Source: Candidatus Ryanbacteria bacterium RIFCSPLOWO2_12_FULL_44_26 (GTDB lineage: Bacteria; Patescibacteriota; Minisyncoccia; Ryanbacterales; HO2-45-13). From it: a stretch of 64,000 nucleotides of DNA. The notes under the pieces are model-generated. The model worked only from the letters and a program-made list of their open reading frames with translations. It was not told the DNA's origin and made no database searches. Below, in pieces: positions 57,372-64,000 of this stretch. Numbering within the stretch: the stretch's first letter is position 1; every line of letters starts with the position of its first letter. A program made the translations under genes and the position numbers. The DNA lies in contig MHOA01000013.1 in NCBI GenBank assembly GCA_001821765.1, positions 15,456 to 79,455 on the forward strand. The letters run 5' to 3'.

Positions 57372-58043
57372 TTAAAGAGCGTCAACGTCTTTAGGTGAGT
57401 CAAAATGGGGTCGCTCTTGAAGTGAAACTGTTCGGCGGATTGCCTGAACGGGGAAGTCTTTGATAAATTGATTCATAAGCGAAGTAAAGAAATATTCTCC
57501 GCTTTGATGTCTTTCAGGTTTGTATGAAAAAATCTCTGCATTGACCACCATTGCTCCGGCGGCAGCCCAGTTTGATTTTGGTTCTTTTGGTTTTTCTTCT
57601 ACATATAGAATCTGTCCGTTTTCTGCGATGGTTACAATGCCGGAAAGTTTTGGATTTTTGACCTGATAGCAAAGCCATGAATGCTGATATTTTAAGCACT
57701 CGTCAATATCTTCACGCAAGATTGGCTCATCGGCATAGAGAACCAAAAAACGCTCTCCTTTTTTAAACAGCGGTTTTGCGGCAAGAAAACTATAGGCATT
57801 GCCTTTCTCGGAACCCTCAATATAAGTGATGTTTCTGTCCCGAAATGTGTCGCCGCAATATGCTTTGATTTTGTCCTGCAGATGGTGAACAATAAGAATC
57901 GCTTCTTCAATGCCATCCGGAAGCCCATTAAAAATATAATCAATGAGGGGTTTGCCCTTGAATTTTAAAAGCGGTTTTGGGGTGTGCTCTGTAAGAGGTG
58001 TCATTCTTTTTCCCTTTCCTGCCGCAAGAATTACTGCTTTCAT
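57372..58043 (-). CDS. hddC: Sugar-1-phosphate nucleotidyltransferase, heptose-1-P guanylyltransferase-like
   Basis: MKAVILAAGKGKRMTPLTEHTPKPLL. Start set at MKAVIL. Adjacent to gmhA. Confidence 0.7.
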   Translation of the reverse strand: MKAVILAAGKGKRMTPLTEHTPKPLLKFKGKPLIDYIFNGLPDGIEEAILIVHHLQDKIKAYCGDTFRDRNITYIEGSEKGNAYSFLAAKPLFKKGERFLVLYADEPILREDIDECLKYQHSWLCYQVKNPKLSGIVTIAENGQILYVEEKPKEPKSNWAAAGAMVVNAEIFSYKPERHQSGEYFFTSLMNQFIKDFPVQAIRRTVSLQERPHFDSPKDVDAL

Positions 58044-58246
58044 CTTGTGCGAAATAGGACGCGGACAGATACTGTCCCCATCCACATAGTAAACTCTCTT
58101 AAAGCATCAACCTTTTGAAACATATATATCTTTAACATCCGCGATTTCGCGCGGGACTTATGGCCTACCATTATAACGATTGTTGCTTTGAAAAACAACA
58201 CGCACGCTTGTTTGAGGGCATATTTTTATGGTAATGTGATACTCTT

Positions 58247-59545
58247 ATGAACGTTGGTGTTGTGGGGCTCTGGCATTTAGGTGAAACTGTAGCGGTCTTA
58301 CTTGCTGCATTGGGTCACAATGTCATTGGAATTGATATAGATAAGAAAGTAATTCAGAAACTGAACAGTGGCGTGCCGCCCATAGAGGAGCCGGGGCTGC
58401 GCGAATTGCTTGCCAAACATCTTAAAAAAGGGGCAGTCTCGTTTACGGATGATGTTTCTGCGCTGAAGGATACAGAGGCACTTTTTTTAACAACAGATAC
58501 GCCTATTTTAGAAGATGACACTCCTGATGTTTCTTTGCTGTTTGATATTGTAAAAAACATCGCTCCTCATATGCGCTCCCAGGCGCTTTTTGTTGTCATG
58601 AGTCAGGTACCGGTTGGAACGACACATCGGCTCGCGGGCGCTTTAAAGGAGGCAAACCCGGCGTTGAATCCTGATATTATATATCTTCCTGAAAATCTGC
58701 AGCTCGGTAGAGCTGTAGAGAGTTTTTTAAAACCAGACCGTATTGTGATTGGCGCGGATACGGATCGCGCGCGTACACGCGCAGATTCATTGTTAAAAAA
58801 CATAACGGCGCGAAGACTTTTTATGAGCATTGTGTCGGCTGAAATGTCAAAACATGCATTGAATGCATACTTGGCAACATCACTTTCATTTATCTACAAT
58901 ATTTCTGACATGTGTGAAGCGGTTGGCGCCGATGTGACTGATGTGTCAACGGCGTTAAAAAGCGACAGGCGCATCGGTCAGGATGCATATCTTGATTCAA
59001 GTATTGGGTTTTCCGGAGGAACGCTGATGCGCGATTTAAAGGCTCTTATGCATGTTGCAGACACGAACAAAAAAGAAATTCCGGTTATCAGCGGGACTAT
59101 GGTTACAAATAATGAACGGAGAAAAAACATTGTTTTACGCATTGAAAAGTTGCTTGGCGCCCCCTTTGCTGAAAGCCGTATCGGAATTTTGGGAGTTACA
59201 TATAAACCAGGAACATCAACGCTCAGAAGATCTCTCGGGCTTGAGATTTTTGGGATACTGCGTAAAGCCGGTGCTGACGTGAGGGTGTATGATCCGCAGG
59301 CGTCTGGCGAGGCATTTTTAAAAGAAACCGGGATGAAACTTTCACGCGATCCGTATGAAATGGCGGTAGGATGCAATGGGGTTTTATTGATAACCGCTTG
59401 GCCGGAATTTAAAGATATTGATTTTTCAAAACTCAAAGAAAGTATGCGGGAGCCGTATTTTTTCTTTGATGCCCGTAATTTTTTAAAAGAGAGAGAAAAT
59501 AACTTAAAAAGCGCTGGATTCCAGTACGTCGGAATTGGAAGATAG
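58247..59545 (+). CDS. UDP-glucose/GDP-mannose 6-dehydrogenase family nucleotide-sugar dehydrogenase
   Basis: MNVGVVGLWHLGETVAVLLAALGHNVIGID (N-terminal NAD fold). About 430 aa. Confidence 0.8.
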   Translation: MNVGVVGLWHLGETVAVLLAALGHNVIGIDIDKKVIQKLNSGVPPIEEPGLRELLAKHLKKGAVSFTDDVSALKDTEALFLTTDTPILEDDTPDVSLLFDIVKNIAPHMRSQALFVVMSQVPVGTTHRLAGALKEANPALNPDIIYLPENLQLGRAVESFLKPDRIVIGADTDRARTRADSLLKNITARRLFMSIVSAEMSKHALNAYLATSLSFIYNISDMCEAVGADVTDVSTALKSDRRIGQDAYLDSSIGFSGGTLMRDLKALMHVADTNKKEIPVISGTMVTNNERRKNIVLRIEKLLGAPFAESRIGILGVTYKPGTSTLRRSLGLEIFGILRKAGADVRVYDPQASGEAFLKETGMKLSRDPYEMAVGCNGVLLITAWPEFKDIDFSKLKESMREPYFFFDARNFLKERENNLKSAGFQYVGIGR

Positions 59546-59672
59546 TGTTGTGATGGCGATTGCAATACCGCAATACTTCTGTGTATATCCCGGCAGAAAG
59601 CCATAATAGTGTATTTTACCTTAACATATAAGGTGATTTTCGGTCGGTCTTATATAACAGGGATGATGTTAC

Positions 59673-59707
59673 TTGACAATGGATTTAAAACATAGATAAT
59701 CATCTAT
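59673..59707 (+). promoter_or_regulatory. Putative sigma70-like promoter (TTGACA-16nt-GATAAT) overlapped by the palindrome ATAGATAATCATCTAT that abuts the ArsR start codon
   Basis: Hexamers and the inverted repeat ATAGAT-N4-ATCTAT (59692..59707) were read directly. The implied transcription start is at or near the ATG, which suggests a leaderless transcript. Confidence 0.45.
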
Positions 59708-59989
59708 ATGTTAGTTTCCAAGAAGAAAAGTTGCTTACAGTGTTTTAGGATGCTTGCTGACGATACTCGTATGGAGCTTATTAAAATGCTTCAGCAAAAG
59801 AGGTGGAATGTAAGTGAATTGACAAAGAATCTCGGCGTTACCCAGCCAACGGTTTCTCATCACTTAAAAACTCTAGACGCCATTGGCATTGTTATAAAAA
59901 GCAAGGGAGGCAGGGAAACCATTTATCGGTTCAATGACCAATATCTTTGTAAAGGATGTGAGGCTTATACTACTCCATTAAAAGCATGA
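59708..59989 (+). CDS. ArsR/SmtB-family HTH transcriptional regulator
   Basis: LADDTRMELIKML...VSELTKNLGVTQPTVSHHLKTL. Confidence 0.8.
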   Translation: MLVSKKKSCLQCFRMLADDTRMELIKMLQQKRWNVSELTKNLGVTQPTVSHHLKTLDAIGIVIKSKGGRETIYRFNDQYLCKGCEAYTTPLKA

Positions 59990-61302
59990 AGAGAATTTAT
60001 TTAGATCATGCAGCGACAACACCGGTTGATCCTCGGGTCAAAGAGGTGATGTTGCCGTTTCTTGAATGTGTATTTGGCAACCCCTCGGCTCTGTATAGAG
60101 ACGGGAGGGTTGTAAAAGAAGCGGTAAAGTCAGCCCGTGAAAGCATTGCCAAGATTTTGCATTGTACATCGGAAGAGATTATTTTTACCGGGAGCGGAAC
60201 TGAATCTGATGCGTTGGCTATGTTGGGTGTTATGAAAAAAAATCAGATACGCAAGAAAGATGGATCTTTGAAAAAAGGACACTTGGTTACCACTACCTTT
60301 GAACATCATGCAGTTCTTTATAATGCCGAGCGGCTTGAAAAGGAAGGGTATGAGGTAACATACGTAAGAGTGAACAAGGAAGGATTGGCCAACCCAAAAG
60401 ATGTTCGTGATGCTATACGACCGGACACTGTTCTGGTTTCTGTGATGTATGCAAACAATGAGATTGGTACCATCCAGCCGATTCATGAGATTGGACAGAT
60501 TATCAAGGATATTCGAAAAAAACGAAGGGAAAGTGGCGACCCTAATCCCATATGGTTTCATACCGATGCCTGTCAGGCCTCGGCATATCTTAATCTTGAT
60601 GTACAAAAACTCGGAGTTGATTTGATGACCATTAATGGAAGCAAAATCTATGGACCGAAAGGAATAGGACTGCTTTTTGTGCGCCGTGGTGTGAAACTGG
60701 AAGCCCTGTATGAAGGGGGCGGTCAGGAAAATAAATTAAGGAGCGGTACCGAGCATATCGCAGGAATTGTTGGTTTAGGAGAAGCATTGAAACTTGTGCA
60801 GGAACATAAGGAGCAGGAAAATAGACGCTTGACCGAGCTTAGGGATTATTTTATTAAGGGTTTGTTTGAGCGCGTTCCGAAGATTGTTTTAAACGGGCAT
60901 CCTGTGAAAAGACTTCCGAATAATGTTAATATCTCCATTCTTGATATAGAGGGGGAAGCAATGCTACTTTATTTAGATAAGTACGGCATTGAGGCTTCCA
61001 CCGGCTCTGCTTGTGACTCTGCAACACTGGATCCATCGCATGTTATATTAGCGCTCGGAAAGCCGTACGAGTTTGCTCATGCGAGTATGCGTTTTACAAT
61101 GGGTCACAGCACCACGCGGGAGGATTTGGACATAGCGCTTAAGACACTGCCCGGTATTGTCGAGATTTTAAGAAAGATTTCTCCGGTTCATTTGGATTTA
61201 GATGCAACACAGATGTCAACTGCGGCGGCATTTGCGGGTGAGGGGTTCCCTCACTGGGAAGCAAAAAGAGGATCAAAATTGAAATTAAGAAGTAAACAAT
61301 AA
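59986..61302 (+). CDS. Cysteine desulfurase (class V aminotransferase, IscS/NifS-like)
   Basis: IYLDHAATTP, SGSK-like Lys region NGSKIYGPKG and STGSACDS (active-site Cys loop). Confidence 0.85.
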   Translation: MKRIYLDHAATTPVDPRVKEVMLPFLECVFGNPSALYRDGRVVKEAVKSARESIAKILHCTSEEIIFTGSGTESDALAMLGVMKKNQIRKKDGSLKKGHLVTTTFEHHAVLYNAERLEKEGYEVTYVRVNKEGLANPKDVRDAIRPDTVLVSVMYANNEIGTIQPIHEIGQIIKDIRKKRRESGDPNPIWFHTDACQASAYLNLDVQKLGVDLMTINGSKIYGPKGIGLLFVRRGVKLEALYEGGGQENKLRSGTEHIAGIVGLGEALKLVQEHKEQENRRLTELRDYFIKGLFERVPKIVLNGHPVKRLPNNVNISILDIEGEAMLLYLDKYGIEASTGSACDSATLDPSHVILALGKPYEFAHASMRFTMGHSTTREDLDIALKTLPGIVEILRKISPVHLDLDATQMSTAAAFAGEGFPHWEAKRGSKLKLRSKQ

Positions 61303-61309
61303 ATAATAT

Positions 61310-61996
61310 ATGGCGGAACCAACAAAAAAATTAGAGAAAAAACCGATCCCGAAAGGAATATATGAGGTTGTAAATGAATACACCGGTGAAGGTTGGGTGT
61401 ATTCTGATATTGTAAAAGAGCATTTTTTTCATCCAAGAAACCTTCTCTTAGAAGAACCCAAGGACGGAGATTTTGATGCGGTTGGTGAAGTCGGTTCTCC
61501 GGCGTGCGGAGACACGATGAGAATGTGGGCGAAAGTAAATCAAGATGAAGATCGCATCCAGGAGCTGAAATGGAAAACGTTCGGATGCGGTTCTGCCATC
61601 GCTTCAACGTCAATGTTTTCTGTTATGCTTACTGAAAACGGGGGTATGAAGGTTGATGATGCACTCAAGATCAAGCCGCAGCATGTGATGGATCGGTTAT
61701 CGGGCCTTCCAAATCGGAAAATTCACTGTTCGGTGCTGGCGGATAAAGCATTTCGAAAAACTATGAATAATTATTTTCACGCCTCGGGACAACACGATAG
61801 GGTTATTGTGGAAAACTCGCGCGTTATTGATCCAAAACTTAATATAACGGATAAAGATATTGAAGAAGCGGTCTTGGAGGGAGCGCAGACATTGGAGGAG
61901 GTACAAAAAAAGTTAAAAGTTGCTGTTGGAAGCCCGGAAATTGTCACGGAGGTTGATCAGTTGATTCGATTCTATAAAGAGAAGTATTATGGATGA
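61310..61996 (+). CDS. IscU/NifU-type Fe-S scaffold protein with C-terminal extension
   Basis: GEVGSPACGDTMRMW...FGCGSAIASTS...HCSVLA (three conserved Cys). Confidence 0.75.
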   Translation: MAEPTKKLEKKPIPKGIYEVVNEYTGEGWVYSDIVKEHFFHPRNLLLEEPKDGDFDAVGEVGSPACGDTMRMWAKVNQDEDRIQELKWKTFGCGSAIASTSMFSVMLTENGGMKVDDALKIKPQHVMDRLSGLPNRKIHCSVLADKAFRKTMNNYFHASGQHDRVIVENSRVIDPKLNITDKDIEEAVLEGAQTLEEVQKKLKVAVGSPEIVTEVDQLIRFYKEKYYG

Positions 61997-62279
61997 AAAA
62001 CCAGTCCAAACTAATACCGTTGTTGAGCAAAGGCTTGAGGAGAGTGCTGATAAGAAACCGCTGAAGATTGGCAGAATTGTCGTTGATCGGGACAAATGCA
62101 TTAGCGCGGCAACCTGCCTCGCGTTTGCGCCCAATGTCTTTGCGCTTGATGAAGAAATGAAGGCGTTTGTGACCAATCCAAAAGGCGATGATGATGAAAC
62201 GATACTCGCTGCTGCGAAATCGTGTCCAGAGCTCGCAATATTTCTTTATGACGAAGAGGGTAATCAAATTTTTCCTTAG
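61989..62279 (+). CDS. Small ferredoxin-like protein
   Basis: VDRDKCISAATCLAFAPNVF...AKSCPELAI resembles single-cluster ferredoxins. Confidence 0.45.
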   Translation: MDEKPVQTNTVVEQRLEESADKKPLKIGRIVVDRDKCISAATCLAFAPNVFALDEEMKAFVTNPKGDDDETILAAAKSCPELAIFLYDEEGNQIFP

Positions 62280-62320
62280 TCGTCCGGTTATGAAGGGATT
62301 TAAAAGACCGCATATAATAT

Positions 62321-62548
62321 ATGATTGAAGAAAAGCTTAAAAAAGTCATTGATGAAGAAGTTAAACCCATGGTTGCCATGCATGCAGGCGTTATTGATTT
62401 TGTGAGTTTTAAAGACGGCGTTGTGCATCTTCGTCTTTCTGGCGCCTGCAAAGGATGTTCTCTTTCACAAATAACGCTTAAGGAAGGGATTGAAGAGATG
62501 CTGAAACAGCGATTTGACAGTGTTGAAAGGGTTGAAGCTGTAGAGTAG
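62321..62548 (+). CDS. NifU C-terminal (Nfu-like) Fe-S cluster assembly domain protein
   Basis: LSGACKGCSLSQITLKEGIE (CxxC) in a ~75-aa protein. Confidence 0.7.
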   Translation: MIEEKLKKVIDEEVKPMVAMHAGVIDFVSFKDGVVHLRLSGACKGCSLSQITLKEGIEEMLKQRFDSVERVEAVE

Positions 62549-62597
62549 CATAAAAGCAAACATTTTCATCCATTAATTATTTAAAAATTCTGGCAAT

Positions 62598-64000
62598 ATG
62601 AGAAAGAATGTGGATTTGTTGTTTGTATATCCCCCCATTTCCGTTCACGAGCGTTATGCAAGCAATGTGGGGAATGCAGGCGGCAACTTGGCCCCGATCG
62701 GCATTGCGCAGGTCGCGGCTTTTTTGAGAGAAAAGGGCTTTACGGTGGATATTATTGATGCGGTGATAGAGGGCTACACGGTAGATGAAACGATGGAGAA
62801 GATTTTAGAGCTTGAACCGAGAGCGGTTGGTTTTTCTGCGCTCACGTCTAATTTTTATAGGGCCGTCGCCGTAGCGAGAGAAATGAAAAAGAAAGTTCCA
62901 CACATCCTGACCATTATGGGCGGACACCATGCAACGTTAATGCCAAAAGAAGTGATAGAGGAAAATTCCTGCTTTGACGTATTAGTGAGGGGAGAAGGAG
63001 AAGAAACGGCTGCAGAGTTGATTGGGAAATATAAAAATGCTGGATACGATATCAATAAACTTTTGACAAAATGTAAAGATATTAAAGGGCTCTGTTTTAG
63101 GGAAGGAAATGAGGTGATTTTAAACGATCCAAGGCCGCCGATTGAGGATTTAGACAGTCTTCCATTCCCGGCCAGAGATTTACTTCCAATGGATAAATAT
63201 ATACCTTTGCCTAACCAGTATAAACGAAAGCCGGTAGTCAATATGGTTGTCATACGGGGCTGCGCGTTTAATTGCTCTTTTTGTTCTGCTACTGCTGTAT
63301 TTGGAAGAGCAATGAGATGGTCAAGTCCCAAAAGGGCGGTTGCTGAGATAAAGCATGTCATAAAAGAGTACGGAGCGAGAGAGATTTCCTTTTGGGATGA
63401 CATGATGACGGCGAACAAACAATGGATACACGATTTTAGTGATTTGATTATCAAAGAAAAGTTAGATATAACTTGGACCTGTTATGCAAGAGTAAACACC
63501 GTTGATTATGAGCTCTTAAAGCACATGAAAGATGCCGGTTGTTGGAACATATTTTTTGGGTATGAATCGGGCGTTCAGGAGCTGTTAAACAATATAGATA
63601 AACGCATAACTTTAAAGCAAGCAGAAGTCGCGACCGCTTTATGTAAGCAGGTGGGTATAGAAATACGGGCCGCTTTTATGATAGCGCTGCCGGGTGAAAC
63701 CCCCGAACTTGCCCAAAAGACAATAGATTTTGCGAAAAAACTTAATCCGGATTACGCGCAATTCTCTGTAACTACTCCTTATCCCGGCACCAGGCTATAT
63801 GATGAGGTTGATAAGTATGGAACCATGACGAAGGATTTTTCAGAATTTCATGGCTGGAGCGCCGTCTTTATCCCGTGGGGATACAAAAACAGTGAAGAAA
63901 TAGAAGCGGTGAAACGGAGTGCGATGCGTCAGTTCTACTTAAGGCCAAAATACATCTTAGGCAGAATAAAAGCGATTACCAGTTTTGAAGACATTCCTCG
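62598..64000 (+). CDS. Cobalamin(B12)-binding radical SAM (class B) enzyme, 3'-truncated by the window end (absent from the ORF track)
   Basis: The frame is open from the ATG at 62598 to the window end. The N-terminal domain (LFVYPP...IIDAVIEG) is B12-binding-like, and VVIRGCAFNCSFCSA carries the CxxxCxxC radical SAM motif. Confidence 0.8.
   Translation, partial: MRKNVDLLFVYPPISVHERYASNVGNAGGNLAPIGIAQVAAFLREKGFTVDIIDAVIEGYTVDETMEKILELEPRAVGFSALTSNFYRAVAVAREMKKKVPHILTIMGGHHATLMPKEVIEENSCFDVLVRGEGEETAAELIGKYKNAGYDINKLLTKCKDIKGLCFREGNEVILNDPRPPIEDLDSLPFPARDLLPMDKYIPLPNQYKRKPVVNMVVIRGCAFNCSFCSATAVFGRAMRWSSPKRAVAEIKHVIKEYGAREISFWDDMMTANKQWIHDFSDLIIKEKLDITWTCYARVNTVDYELLKHMKDAGCWNIFFGYESGVQELLNNIDKRITLKQAEVATALCKQVGIEIRAAFMIALPGETPELAQKTIDFAKKLNPDYAQFSVTTPYPGTRLYDEVDKYGTMTKDFSEFHGWSAVFIPWGYKNSEEIEAVKRSAMRQFYLRPKYILGRIKAITSFEDIP

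Noticed and set aside
62855-63454. 199-aa minus-strand ORF in the six-frame track
   Set aside because: It is entirely antisense to an open plus-strand frame (62598 to the window end) encoding a clear B12-binding radical SAM protein, and it has no recognisable motifs of its own.
1-64000. CRISPR arrays, rRNA, tRNA genes, IS elements or transposases
   Set aside because: No regularly spaced short direct repeats were seen and no tRNA-like GTTCGAATC T-arm signatures in the intergenic spacers. No transposase, integrase or recombinase-like ORFs and no terminal inverted repeats were detected. All intergenic regions are under 300 nt.

Overview
This window is a densely packed, operon-like island for cell-envelope glycan biosynthesis and decoration; no rRNA, tRNA or CRISPR array is visible. 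About nine polytopic GT-C-fold (ArnT/PMT-like) glycosyltransferases can be recognised, one of them fused to TPR repeats (TMTC-like). Five of the GT-C genes lie next to a DPM1/ArnC/GtrB-like GT2 polyprenyl-phosphate-sugar synthase, giving five synthase-plus-transferase pairs. Several GT1/GT4 enzymes, a Wzx-like flippase and nucleotide-sugar genes are present. These include a complete GDP-D-glycero-alpha-D-manno-heptose set (gmhA, hddA, gmhB, hddC) plus a transaldolase, an RmlC/RmlD-like pair, a UXS/ArnA-like decarboxylase, a Ugd-like dehydrogenase and a DegT aminotransferase. A phosphonate biosynthesis operon sits beside a divergent SPASM radical-SAM gene and a TagB/TagF-like transferase; it comprises a PEP mutase fused to a nucleotidyltransferase, phosphonopyruvate decarboxylase, an Fe-alcohol dehydrogenase and a second nucleotidyltransferase. 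A cassette consisting of an LtaS/sulfatase-superfamily membrane protein followed by a GT-C gene is duplicated, and the two copies flank methyltransferases, a GT2, a YopX-like phage-type gene and a small cupin. Other modules are a NodU-type carbamoyltransferase with SxtJ/SxtK-like small proteins and an SGNH hydrolase, a VTC-DUF4956-CotH triad, and Fe-S assembly genes followed by a B12-binding radical SAM gene that runs off the window end. Two features stand out. The first is a tandem pair of highly divergent RtcB (RNA 3'-phosphate ligase)-family paralogs embedded among glycosyltransferases. The second is a conserved intergenic element of about 105 nt that contains a hairpin and is present in three copies plus a fragment. 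Two well-supported small genes are absent from the ORF track: a 52-aa SxtK/DUF5989-like protein and a 43-aa membrane peptide with a strong RBS and an intrinsic terminator. All calls rest on motif-level reading of the translations, since no database search was possible.
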